A stretch of 63,894 nt of DNA, filler included, from Craspedostauros australis (lineage: Eukaryota), in the NCBI GenBank assembly GCA_030167865.1. It is 5 parts of 5 records of this genome, joined end to end, with 100 filler letters (N's around TTAATTAATTAA, not from the genome) between each part and the next. Parts side by side here need not be neighbours in the genome. Positions count along the whole stretch, not along the records: positions 38,174 to 58,248 come from JALAGF010006556.1; 4 more parts are not named here. One strand, given 5' to 3'. Positions 47,489 to 58,348 of the stretch are shown one piece after another. Numbering within the stretch: the stretch's first letter is position 1; each line of letters opens with the position of its first letter. A program made the position numbers and the translations under genes. Under the pieces are notes generated by a model that had not been told where the DNA came from, ran no database searches, and saw only the letters and a list, made by a program, of their open reading frames with translations.

Positions 47489-50400
47489 TCATGTTCGATT
47501 CTCGGCGATGTGGGCTGCCGAGAACAGCCCGATGTTGACATGCCCGTCGCTTGGGTCTCTCGCACCGAGACTTTCGAGGAGCTGAAGCGCCCAGCTGCTC
47601 TTCCTCTGCCCTTGCGCCGACCGGTAGCGGTAGTCAACGCGCCGGCTGAGGAATACGAGCGAATGATCTTTGCCTGCACGCTGGAACAACCCCTTCCCGG
47701 AGCTCGCGTCGCCCTCAGGACCGATGAGAATGATCTTCAATGCATCCGGAGGGGTCATGTACAGCGTCAGCAACTCGCGCAGAATATCCCAATGCTCGTG
47801 CTGCGTCCCTGCCAGCATGGAGACGGAACGGAGCGCCTCGACGTCTCTAGCCAAGATTACGGCGCCGACGGTCGAAATGTAGTAATGCTGGAGCAACCGG
47901 GCGACGAGGATGTCGTACAGTCGCATCGAGAGCGCAGTCCAGAAGGCGGACAGTGATTGAGGTGTCAGCGCTGCCTGGACATGGACGAATTGGACCCGAA
48001 GACAGTACGTCAGCGACTTGACAGCTGGGCTGTTCGGAGCCTCTAGAGACGACCCGCCAGCCATGGCATACGGGCCCTGCGGTTGGTGCAGTTGACGCGA
48101 AATCAAGAAACAAGGTGTGTGTGCGAGACACAGAGAGAGACGGTCAGAGTCACGGAAGGCTGTGCGGAGGATGGATTGAAGCAAACCGCAAGCCACTCAG
48201 GACGGACGCAGAAAACAAGCCAAGCCAAGTAGAGCATGGCATGAAAGCAAAAACGCGAACCTGCGCCCATCGAAGGTATGATAACGGCCAATAACAACAC
48301 GAAAAGCAGCAGCAGCAGTCTCGGTCATTCAGGCGTGATGCTGCAAGCAAGTGATTGCATCTGCGCGGCCATCTTTCATGCCAGAGTCGACACCCATCGA
48401 TTCGTGTACGTACTCCAGAAGTTCCTGTTAGGGACTGCAAGATCCGGGTTCCACCACTGGCCGACATTGCTTCGCCACCGGTGACGAGAATCCACTGGAT
48501 GTGCGTGCTCAAGGTGTCGAGGGCCTTCAAGATACAACTCTCGCCTCTCGTCTCGAGGTCAGTGAAGAACTCCACGCGGCATTCCCGAGCGACTGACATG
48601 CTGTTGGAAATGCCGCTCCCGTCTCGGTTCGTTGTTAGTATCTCCCAAACCCGGTTGCTCGCGGAACGGCCTTCCGCCCACATCTCGCGATCGAATGCCT
48701 TCGCTGCCGAATGGACACGTTCCAGCGCCACCCAAAATGCAGGGTCCACGCCCATGTCGTGGGCGGTCTGATCCTCATCGAATGGCAACTGCGGCGCTTG
48801 ATGCGGCGCTCTGATTGGGAGCATCTCCGACAGCGATTCCACGATGGGGAAGAGGAAAGCCTGACCGTAGAAGGTGCACATTTGGTTGTAGATTGACGCG
48901 ATAACACGTGCGATCGTCTCGCCTCCTCTTTTGTCGGAACCAAACATCAAGCGTGCCCGCGCAAGCGAGTCTGTGGCATGGATCAGTGGTTGCCGGAGGA
49001 CGGACTGTTTCAGGGGTCCTGCAAGTATCTCGTTGTACCCGCCCTCTTTCAGGATTGACTTGTCGAGGGGGAGCAACGGGGCCTTGTACTCCTGCAGTAT
49101 CCCCTTCTCCAGCATCGACTGGTCCACCTTCACCGGGGCCGGTCGGAGCAGCATGCAACCCACTTGTGCCAGGCTATTGCAGCACTCGTGGTGCAGAAGG
49201 CGGAGCTCCAGATTCAGATACCCCTGACGGTGACTGTTGTTCAACGACAGTTCCTGAGAGTTGAGGAAGGCCTTCAGGCTCTCCACAGCCCGAGTCGCCG
49301 CGGCCTTCTTCTCTGAAGCCGACGGATCCTGGTCCGATCCACGCTCATCGCGCTTCAGCAAGCGATCGGCTGCGTCCTTCAGCAAGCCGAACAGACCCGC
49401 TGCTTTCTCATGAATGACGACGAAGGTATCCAGCTTCTTTGCACCCGTATCGAAGTCCCCCTGTTTGTCGATGTTTTCGAGCAAGCCGTTGATGCGTGCC
49501 TGCAATCCATGGTTCGGATCCCCGATCACTCTGGTGCAGAGAGCGCGGGCCACCACAAGCGGCATATCCTCGGTGACGACCCCGGATTCAGCGAAGCTCT
49601 TGCTTTGCGACTCGCTGCCGAAGACGAACGCGATGAGCTGGAATTCCTTCATGCAGACCTCTGACACGCGGTGGAACAAGTTTGACAACTTCGATCTTGT
49701 GGCATCCATGTCGAACTCTTCCTCCTCCTTCTCGTCTTCGTCGTCTGTAGGCTTGACTGATTCGGCATCGAACAGCTCTGGGAATCTGGTCGACACGACG
49801 ATTTCGACGTATCGTTTGTGCAGATTTCGTCCCGTGTCAAAGAGCAACAGCGCGCGGGACAGCTCCCTCAGCTGCCTCCAGTCGATCGATCCGGACCTTG
49901 ACTTGCTGGAGAAATCGTAGTTGCCGCCCTTGGCATATATCTCAGAGAACTTGTTGAGCAATCGCTGTTCCAATGCATCTGATGTTCTGTTGATCAAGTT
50001 GGCCGTCAGGTCGAATCTTCTTGAAGATGTTGTGTCTGACTTCTCCCACTGGCCGCTGCTGAGGTTGGCCGATGCCGCATTTCCTCGCGAACGCACGACG
50101 GAGCGGAGCTGCTTCAGGGCCCTTGCAGCCTCCAGCGAGTTTTCAGGTCGCAGAAACAGCGGGTCCATCCGGCAAGAAGTGAGCGGAATCACGCCTCTCA
50201 CCTCCTCCTGCACCTTCAATTCTTCCCCGCTCAGCGCTTCCTGTTCGGCCAATGACTCCATCAACCACCACCGTCTGATGAGGATCGATGCCGATTCGCA
50301 CCTTTGTCGTTTGGATTCGGCAAACTCCAGCTGATTTCCAATCTGCAACGCTGCCCGGCCATTAATGCGGAACTGATTCTGGATCTCCTCAGTTCGTTCC

Positions 50401-51986
50401 AGCGCGTTCCTGGCGAACATTTCATGTGCCTCAAGCCGGATCTGGTAGGAATCCTCCACCTCTTTGATACTCTCGGACGCATCTCTGACGACCTGCTTTG
50501 TAACATCCACTAGCGTACTGCACATTCCGGATGCCTGTGCGAGGATGTCTGACATTTCATCCTCCTGTGTGGCGTCGTGATTTCATGAAAGCGGACGCGT
50601 CGTCACCGAGACCAGCGCCAAGCCCCCATTGGCGACGGCAACAGAGATCCCAGCACCGGCAACGTCCACAAGATGTTGGCGATGAGGAAGTTGGCAGACG
50701 GAACCGTCAGTTGGTGGGGATGAAAATGAGAGGCAGAAATGTACGTGTGTCCAATGAGAACGTTTTGTGCCCAACAGTGGATTTGGGGACGGAAGCCAGC
50801 TTGCGCTGCACAACACTGCACTGCACCAACGCGCATGGTTCAGTTCCCTTGTCCATTTGATGTCGAGTTTGCCACTGGGCATGCAGGCACCATCTGGCCA
50901 ATCATCCATCCAAACATCCATCCAACCAACGACGCAAACAAGCAATGTAGACGAAGACGAATTGGTGTCGGAGACAATGCCAAGTCGTCCGCCGAGCTGC
51001 TCTTCGGATCTGATTCACCCTGCTGTTCTCCTCTTCAACCCTCTCGCTCTCTTTCTCTCTATATATATATATATGCGTGTGCATGCGAGCAGTGCACTTA
51101 CCTCACTAATACCTTCAAAAAGTTTTTCGAGGAGCCCGAGAAGGTCCATGTTGCTGTTGATATTGAAGCCATCTTGGAGGCCATCAGCCACAAAGATAGA
51201 CGCCGCTGCATCGCCTGAAGAGACCGGAGGAGCATACACGAAGAGTTCGAGCGCGCGTTGCCACCTGGCAAGCTGCACCTGCGTCTTCTCCTTGGCAGTC
51301 AACCCTGTGAAGTCCGCCTGCAGCAGTTCTTTAAGGATAATCTGCCTCTCCGTGTCGAGCTTGGACAGCAGGAGCACCCTCTCATTGAGGCGCTGCTGGC
51401 GGGCCAGCCACTCTGTGTCTGTCTCGATCTTGTACTTTCTGAGCAGTTTGGTGTCGCCTGTCTTGCCTGCCTGGATCCTCGCGCGATGGAGACGGATGTC
51501 ATCTTCGGCAGCCGCCAGCAGAAGACGGAGGTTGGTGAATTTGATATTGCTTGTCGTTGAGGAGGACGATGTCGACGATGGCTGCACCATCGCTGCCGTG
51601 GAAGCGGAGAGCGCGAACGCCTTTGGGAGATAGTAGAGGATGGGCTCCGCATTCGTGGGGTTGAAGACGTATTCCTGTGGGATGGTCTCCAGAACTGTGT
51701 CTGTCATGCTGATGACGGAATGATCATCGCTGTTAGACCTCCTGATATTGGCTGACGACATGGGCGGGAAGCTGCTGTTTCCGCTGCCGTTGCCACGGCC
51801 CTGCCGCTTGGATGAGCCTTTCTGAGAGGACTTGCCGGCAGCATTGCCAGAGGACTTGGCAGACGCGGGGCGATCCTCCATCATCGATGCTTCGTCCATC
51901 GGCGCGCCATCAAAATCGGAGCGGCCTCGGTTCTTCGGCGTCTTGGAGCCTTGCTTGCGCCGTTGGTTCGATTGGGAGCTCGACAT
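47489..51986 (-). CDS. EXOC5: Exocyst component Sec10-like; 3 exons (51986-51102, 50564-48414, 48076-47489), about 1207 aa
   Basis: ALQIGNQLEFAESKRQR (Sec10 N-terminal coil) and the C-terminal HYYISTVGAVILARDV...FLSRRVDY. Both introns (GTAAGT...ACAG 51101-50565; GTACGT...GCAG 48413-48077) join in phase 0. Attachment of exon 1 is inferred. Confidence 0.72.
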
Positions 51987-52382
51987 GGCGATTCAATTGA
52001 GTTGAGAAGAATGCAGTTGGATGGGGTGTAGAATAGTGTGTAGAATAGTGTGCAGAATCGGGTGTAGAGTAGAGCGTGGTCGAATTGTACGACGAGTCTA
52101 GTAGCAATCGCAACTCAATCTTCCACTCGACCTGTCGGTTCCCACTCGTCCACAATAATCAACACACGTCGCGTTGCCCTCCTTCTTGCTCTCGTCCTTC
52201 TGCGGATTGTTGATCGCTGATTGTTGATCGCTGATTGTTGATTCTGCAAGTATGAAGTCGAGCAGAGAGTCAACTGGCGATCGATGATCGATGATTGATG
52301 ATTGATGATTAATGACGTCTACTAGTTTGGATGCAAGTGTGGTTGTACGCGCAGGTGCCTGAGCACAGGGCGCGATCTCTGC

Positions 52383-52419
52383 TGTGGTCTGTTGTGGTCT
52401 GTTGTGGTCTGTTGTGGTC
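52383..52419. repeat. 10-nt tandem repeat (TGTGGTCTGT)n upstream of Sec10
   Basis: Three to four direct copies are visible. Confidence 0.6.
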
Positions 52420-53336
52420 TTCCTTCTGCTGCGAGGAACCTGTGCCATACGTCGCTGGTCTGGGACAGGATGTAGTTTTGTCCATGGACGCCTCAGGATT
52501 TTCTCCATTCCGCGCAAACAAAATCGCTGCGCGCGCCCAATGCCGCTTCCGTCCATTCTTATTTTGGGGTCTGCCCCGTCCGCTATTTGGGGACGAACCA
52601 CAATCCAACGGACGATACAGGGAAATACGGATAAATATTCTTAATTTCAAATAACGAACACAAGTCACGAACACGAATAAACACCATCATCATGCTTCAC
52701 CTCTTCTTCGTCGCGTCGCCGTTTAGGCCGTCCCATTTGATTCGTCTCAAGCGCGTCGGGAGAACCAATCCAACAAGTTCTGGGACAGTGGCCCTCTACT
52801 GGACTATTCGACCCTACTGTGCTCGACTGCAATCTACTGCGCCATCCGCTTCACTCTTCGGTCTTCACTCCACTCCCGAGAGAATATATATGGTCAAGTC
52901 AAGTAAACTAGAGTATGCTCCATGGATCTGCTGTGCTGTGCGCGAATTGATCCTTGGTCACTTGTCAACATTCGTAGGCAAAGTCCTCACGCTCGCAAAA
53001 CCGAGAACGAAGGCCAAGTGGCTGGAAGGATCCATCCACACATGCATGCAACAAGCATGGTGCAGGCGTGCTCCAATTTCGCCACAAGTGCATGCACCGT
53101 AGCGTCAAGTAGTCGGCGTTGGTGCACCATGTCATAATCATCAAGCATGCAGCAATGCGATGTAGCACAAAATGTGGGATAGTTGAGAGTAGAATGTGAA
53201 GTGTATCTAATTCGTGTTGTGTTGAATCTGTCGTGCAATGATGGGCTCGCGTACAGGCCTGTGCCATGCTCATGCTTCGTCACTGCTGCGCTGCTCTTGT
53301 GCATCAAATCCGAGATGGCGGAAGTTGCACGCGTGT

Positions 53337-56300
53337 TTATGGGGTTGGTGGGACTGGCGGGGTTGGGTCCACGAAAGTGCAGCACTCGCACGCTGTACCT
53401 GTGTCTGCAGATACCTCGAACGGGACGTCCTTGAAGATCTTCGCTCCGTTGCAAACCTCGTCTGGGACCTCCGCCGGCGCATTTGGATCATCCAAGAATT
53501 TGTTACCATCCAGTGAAAGTTGTCGCAACTTCGTCAGATCTCCGAATTCGGTTGGGATTGGTCCTGTGAACTGATTCTTGTGGAAATACAGCTGTTCCAA
53601 ATTGGCAGGCTTTCCAAGTTCTGTCGGAATGGTTCCGTCGAAGCGGTTGCCGTCGAAGTGCGCTCGGCGCAGCGGCAGGTTACCCAAGGTGGTTGGGAGG
53701 TTGCCGCTGAGTTGGTTGCCTTCCGTGTACAGGATGGCGACATTCGGACTGTCGGCCGCGAATGACTCGGGGATGTTGCCTTGGAAGTCGTTGTAGGCAA
53801 AGTCCAGGTACACCATGTCCGGGTACTTGAAGAAGAAGGGCGGGATCGGCCCTTCGAACTCGTTGTCTGAGATGACGAGGGTATCGAGTTCTTTCAGGTT
53901 AGCGAAATCATCCGGGAAGGTTCCCTGTAGCATGTTGTTGGAGAGAGTCAATTCGAACAGAGAGTCCATGATCGACAATTCGACTGGCAAAGTTCCCTCA
54001 AGCTCGTTACCGCTGAGTCGCAAGACTTCGTAGAGCTCCACGCGGTTGCATGGATCGAGCTCCAAGTCACCCTGCCAGTCGCACTCGTGCATGTCAGATA
54101 GCCACTGGTTGTTGTCTCCCCACGCACCGCCGTCCGTCTCGCAAAAGATCATGGACATGGCGTAGCGTTGGCGAATACGTTCCGGCGTGAACACAAGAAT
54201 GTCCACGTTGGTACGGAGGTAGTCACGCGACTTTGTCTGACAAGTGCCGCCAAAGTCCCACAGAGACTCGCCGTCAGGAGGCACGGTGATGTCAAGTGCA
54301 TCGGCAATCGCCCTGCAGATGGGATCTTGGGTCGTGCACTGGCCAAGCGCATCAGTGGCTGGGAAGTAGTCGGCCGTTGCTGTGGTGGCATCAGCACCCG
54401 TGATGGCCTTGTCGGTTGCAATTCCACCACTCACCCCGGCTGTCGCGGCAGGGCCTCCGGTGGCTGCAATTCCTCCAGCGACCACGCCCAACGCAAGGAA
54501 TGTCCAGGCTGCGCATGGCACGCCAGTGACAGGTGGTGGACGATCGTCTTCCTCCTCAGTGTATTCGCTGAGGTCGTCTTCTGGGACGTTGTTGAGGGAG
54601 CTGCTCGGTCCATCTGGTCCTTGGTCTTCCAGTGGGTCAGTGAAAACTGAACCATCACGCGGGTTGAAGGACATGTCGTCGTCGGGGCGGCCTCCTTGCC
54701 AGTCGTAATCCGGTTCATCTTTCTTCCAGACGGCGTCGTCGGGACGCTGGCTTGACCAGCCGTATTCTGGTTCAGCCTCGGGCTCGTCTCCTTCACCTGG
54801 TCGCGGCGAGGCTGCGATCTTGTCCGGCCTGCCACCTGCCCAATCGTAGTCTGGTTGATCCTTCTTCCAGCTCGCGTCTTCTGGCCGATCAGCCGACCAG
54901 TCCATCTCAGGTTTCTCAACGGAATGACTGGCATCCTCTGGAGTTGCTCCCTCACCTGGTCTTGGCGATGCTCCCATCTTGTTGGGCCTTCCACCGGCCC
55001 AATCAAACTCGGGAGCTTCCTGCTTCCAGGCCGAATCATCTGGCTTCTCTGCTGACCAGTCCATGTCTGGCTCCTCTTCGTGAGGTTTTCGTGTCCAGTT
55101 CAACAAGTCGTCATCTGCGGACTCGGGCGGGTTCTTCGATCGAGGAACTGAGTTGAGCTGTCCTGGCGGGACAAAAGGACCCAGAGGAGTGTCCTCATCG
55201 TCTGTTGCATTGGGCACTCTGTCCCATCCAAGCTCGGGGTAGTCCACGGTTCTTGGCTTGCCATCACGGGGAATGCTACGAACATCACCTGGTCGCTCAA
55301 ATACTTCGTCGTCCATGGCAGTAGGAACTGCCTTGTCTCCGGGCGTTCGCTTCCAATCCAGTTCTGGATAGTCCTCGTCAGAAGGCGAACCGTCTCGTGG
55401 GATGCTTCTGACATCACCTGGGCGATCGAACACGTCTTCATCGTCGTCTGGTACACCTGGGACGCTGTCGGTTGGTTGACGAGACCACGTGGTTTCTGGA
55501 TGGTCATCGTTCTTGGGCTTTCCGTCACGCGGGATGCTACGAACATCACCTGGTCGCTCAAATACTTCCTCGTCTTCCGAAAGAGCTGGCGCCTTGCTGC
55601 CTGGTTGGCGGCTCCACGCGAGCTCTGGGTTGTCGTCTTCGGTTGGCTGACCATCGCGCGGGATGCTGCGCAAGTCGCCTGGGCGATCGAACACATCATC
55701 GTCATCCGGTACGCCTGGAACGCTGTCGGTTGGCTGGCGAGACCACATGGTTTCTGGATGGTCATCGTTCTTGGGCTTGCCATCACGCGGGATGCTTCTC
55801 ACGTCACCTGGTCGCTCAAACACCTCTTCATCTTCTGGAGTGGCAGGTGCTTTGCTGCCTGGTTGGCGGCTCCATGCGAGTTCTGGGTTGTCGTCTTCGG
55901 TTGGCTGACCATCGCGAGGGATGCTGCGCAAGTCGCCTGGACGATCGAACACATCGTCGTCGTCCGGTACGCCTGGGACGCTGTCGGTGGGTTGACGAGA
56001 CCACATGGTTTCTGGGTGGTCATCGTTCTTGGGCTTTCCGTCACGCGGGATGCTTCTCACGTCACCTGGACGATCGAACACCTCTTCATCTTCAGGAGTG
56101 GCAGGTGCTTTGCTGCCTGGTTGGCGGCTCCACGAGAGCTCAGGGTTGTCGTCTTCGGTTGGTTGACCATCGCGGGGGATGCTGCGCAAGTCGCCTGGAC
56201 GATCGAACACATCGTCGTCGTCCGGTACGCCTGGGACGCTGTCGGTTGGTTGACGAGACCACATGGTTTCTGGGTGGTCATCGTTCTTGGGCTTTCCATC

Positions 56301-58248
56301 ACGCGGGATGCTACGAACATCACCTGGACGATCGAACACCTCTTCATCTTCAGGAGTGGCAGGTGCTTTGCTGCCTGGTTGGCGACTCCACGCGAGTTCT
56401 GGGTTGTCGTCTTCGGTTGGCTGACCATCGCGCGGGATGCTGCGCAAGTCGCCTGGACGATCGAACACATCGTCGTCGTCCGGTACGCCTGGGACGCTGT
56501 CGGTTGGTTGGCGAGACCACATGGTTTCTGGATGGTCATCGTTCTTGGGCTTTCCATCACGCGGGATGCTACGAACATCGCCTGGACGATCGAACACCTC
56601 TTCATCTTCAGGAGTGGCAGGTGCTTTGCTGCCTGGTTGGCGGCTCCACGCGAGCTCTGGGTTGTCGTCTTCGGTTGGCTGACCATCGCGGGGGATGCTG
56701 CGCAAGTCGCCTGGACGATCGAACACATCGTCGTCGTCCNNNNNNNNNNNNNNNNNNNNNNNNNNNNNNNNNNNNNNNNNNNNNNNNNNTTCAGGAGTGG
56801 CAGGTGCTTTGCTGCCTGGTTGGCGGCTCCACGCGAGTTCTGGGTTGTCGTCTTCGGTTGGCTGACCATCGCGGGGGATGCTGCGCAAGTCGCCTGGACG
56901 ATCGAACACATCGTCGTCGTCCNNNNNNNNNNNNNNNNNNNNNNNNNNNNNNNNNNNNNNNNNNNNNNNNNNNNNNNNNNNNNNNNNNNNNNNNNNNNNN
57001 NNNNNNNNNNNNNNNNNNNNNNNNNNNNNNNNNNNNNNNNNNNNNNNNNNNNNNNNNNNNNNNNNNNNNNNNNNNNNNNNNNNNNNNNNNNNNNNNTCTG
57101 GGTTGTCGTCTTCGGTTGGCTGACCATCGCGGGGGATGCTGCGCAAGTCGCCTGGACGATCGAACACATCGTCGTCGTCCGGTACGCCTGGAACGCTGTC
57201 GGTTGGTTGACGAGACCACATGGTTTCTGGATGGTCATCGTTCTTGGGCTTTCCATCACGCGGGATGCTACGAACATCACCTGGACGATCAAACACCTCT
57301 TCATCTTCAGGAGTGGCAGGTGCTTTGCTGCCTGGTTGGCGGCTCCACGCGAGTTCTGGGTTGTCGTCTTCGGTTGGCTGACCATCGCGAGGGATGCTGC
57401 GCAAGTCGCCTGGACGATCGAACACATCATCTTCATCTGGTACACCAGGGATGACATTTGTTGGTTGGCGCGTCCAGAGCATGTCCGGATTGTCATCGTT
57501 CTTGGGCTTGCCATCACGCGGGATGCTTCTCACGTCACCTGGACGATCGAATACGTCTTCCATTTGCGGCTCATCGGTAGACTTTTGTGGGACATGACGA
57601 GCCCAAATTGATTCGGGTGAGTCTTCGGGCGCAGTTTTCCCCGACCTCGGGATAGAACGAAAGTCTCCTGGACGAGAGAACGGCGAGTCACCGTCTTCGG
57701 ACGGTTCATCGTTCTCCGAACTTGGTCGTCTCGCCCAATCAAGAACAGAATCATCAAGATCATCCTGAGGACTGAAGCTCCGTGGGATAGAGTTCAATTT
57801 GTCTGGTTTGTCGAACGGAGTGTCGTGATCGGAAACGCCAGGGATTGGCGACGACGATCGACGGGTCCAATCAAATGATGGAAACTGAGGCTCATCGTGC
57901 TTGCCTGATCGAGGCACAGAATTGACATCGCCTGGAGTCCAAAACGGAGAGTCCTGATCATCTGCCACGGCTGGCCTGTTCTCTGGAGAACGTTTCCAAT
58001 CAAGGGTTGGTTCGTCCTCGCTTGGCACTCCATCAAGGCCTCTAGGAAGCACGTTGAGGTCCTCCGGTTGATCAAACGGAATATCTTCTTGCGGAACACC
58101 TGGAACGTTTCTTACAGGCTGCCGAGACCAATCGTACATTGGATCGTCGAAGGCGGTCGGGCGACCGTCACGTGGAATGGAAGTCACGTCGCCTGGGCGG
58201 GCGAATGGAGAATCCTCGTCCTCCTCGACATCGTCTGGCTTCTTGCCA
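53337..58248 (-). CDS. Giant tandem-repeat + TM + LRR membrane protein, 5'-incomplete (>1630 aa)
   Basis: The frame is open from the contig edge. At least 23 visible 43-aa repeats, then three W/D-rich repeats, a TM segment (AAWTFLALGVVAGGIA), the N-cap RQRYAMSMIF...HECDW and LRRs. Confidence 0.85.
55130..58248 (-). repeat. Coding tandem array with a 129-nt unit and 258-nt (A/B) higher-order periodicity
   Basis: VFDRPGDLRSIPRDGQPTEDDNPELAWSRQPGSKAPATPEDEE alternates with VFDRPGDVRSIPRDGKPKNDDHPETMWSRQPTDSVPGVPDDDD. Two internal N gaps. Confidence 0.93.
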
Positions 58249-58348
58249 NNNNNNNNNNNNNNNNNNNNNNNNNNNNNNNNNNNNNNNNNNNNTTAATTAA
58301 TTAANNNNNNNNNNNNNNNNNNNNNNNNNNNNNNNNNNNNNNNNNNNN

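Noticed and set aside
55130..57560. CRISPR-like regular repeat array
   Set aside because: There are no unique spacers, the unit is a multiple of 3 and in frame within a protein, and the context is eukaryotic with no cas genes.
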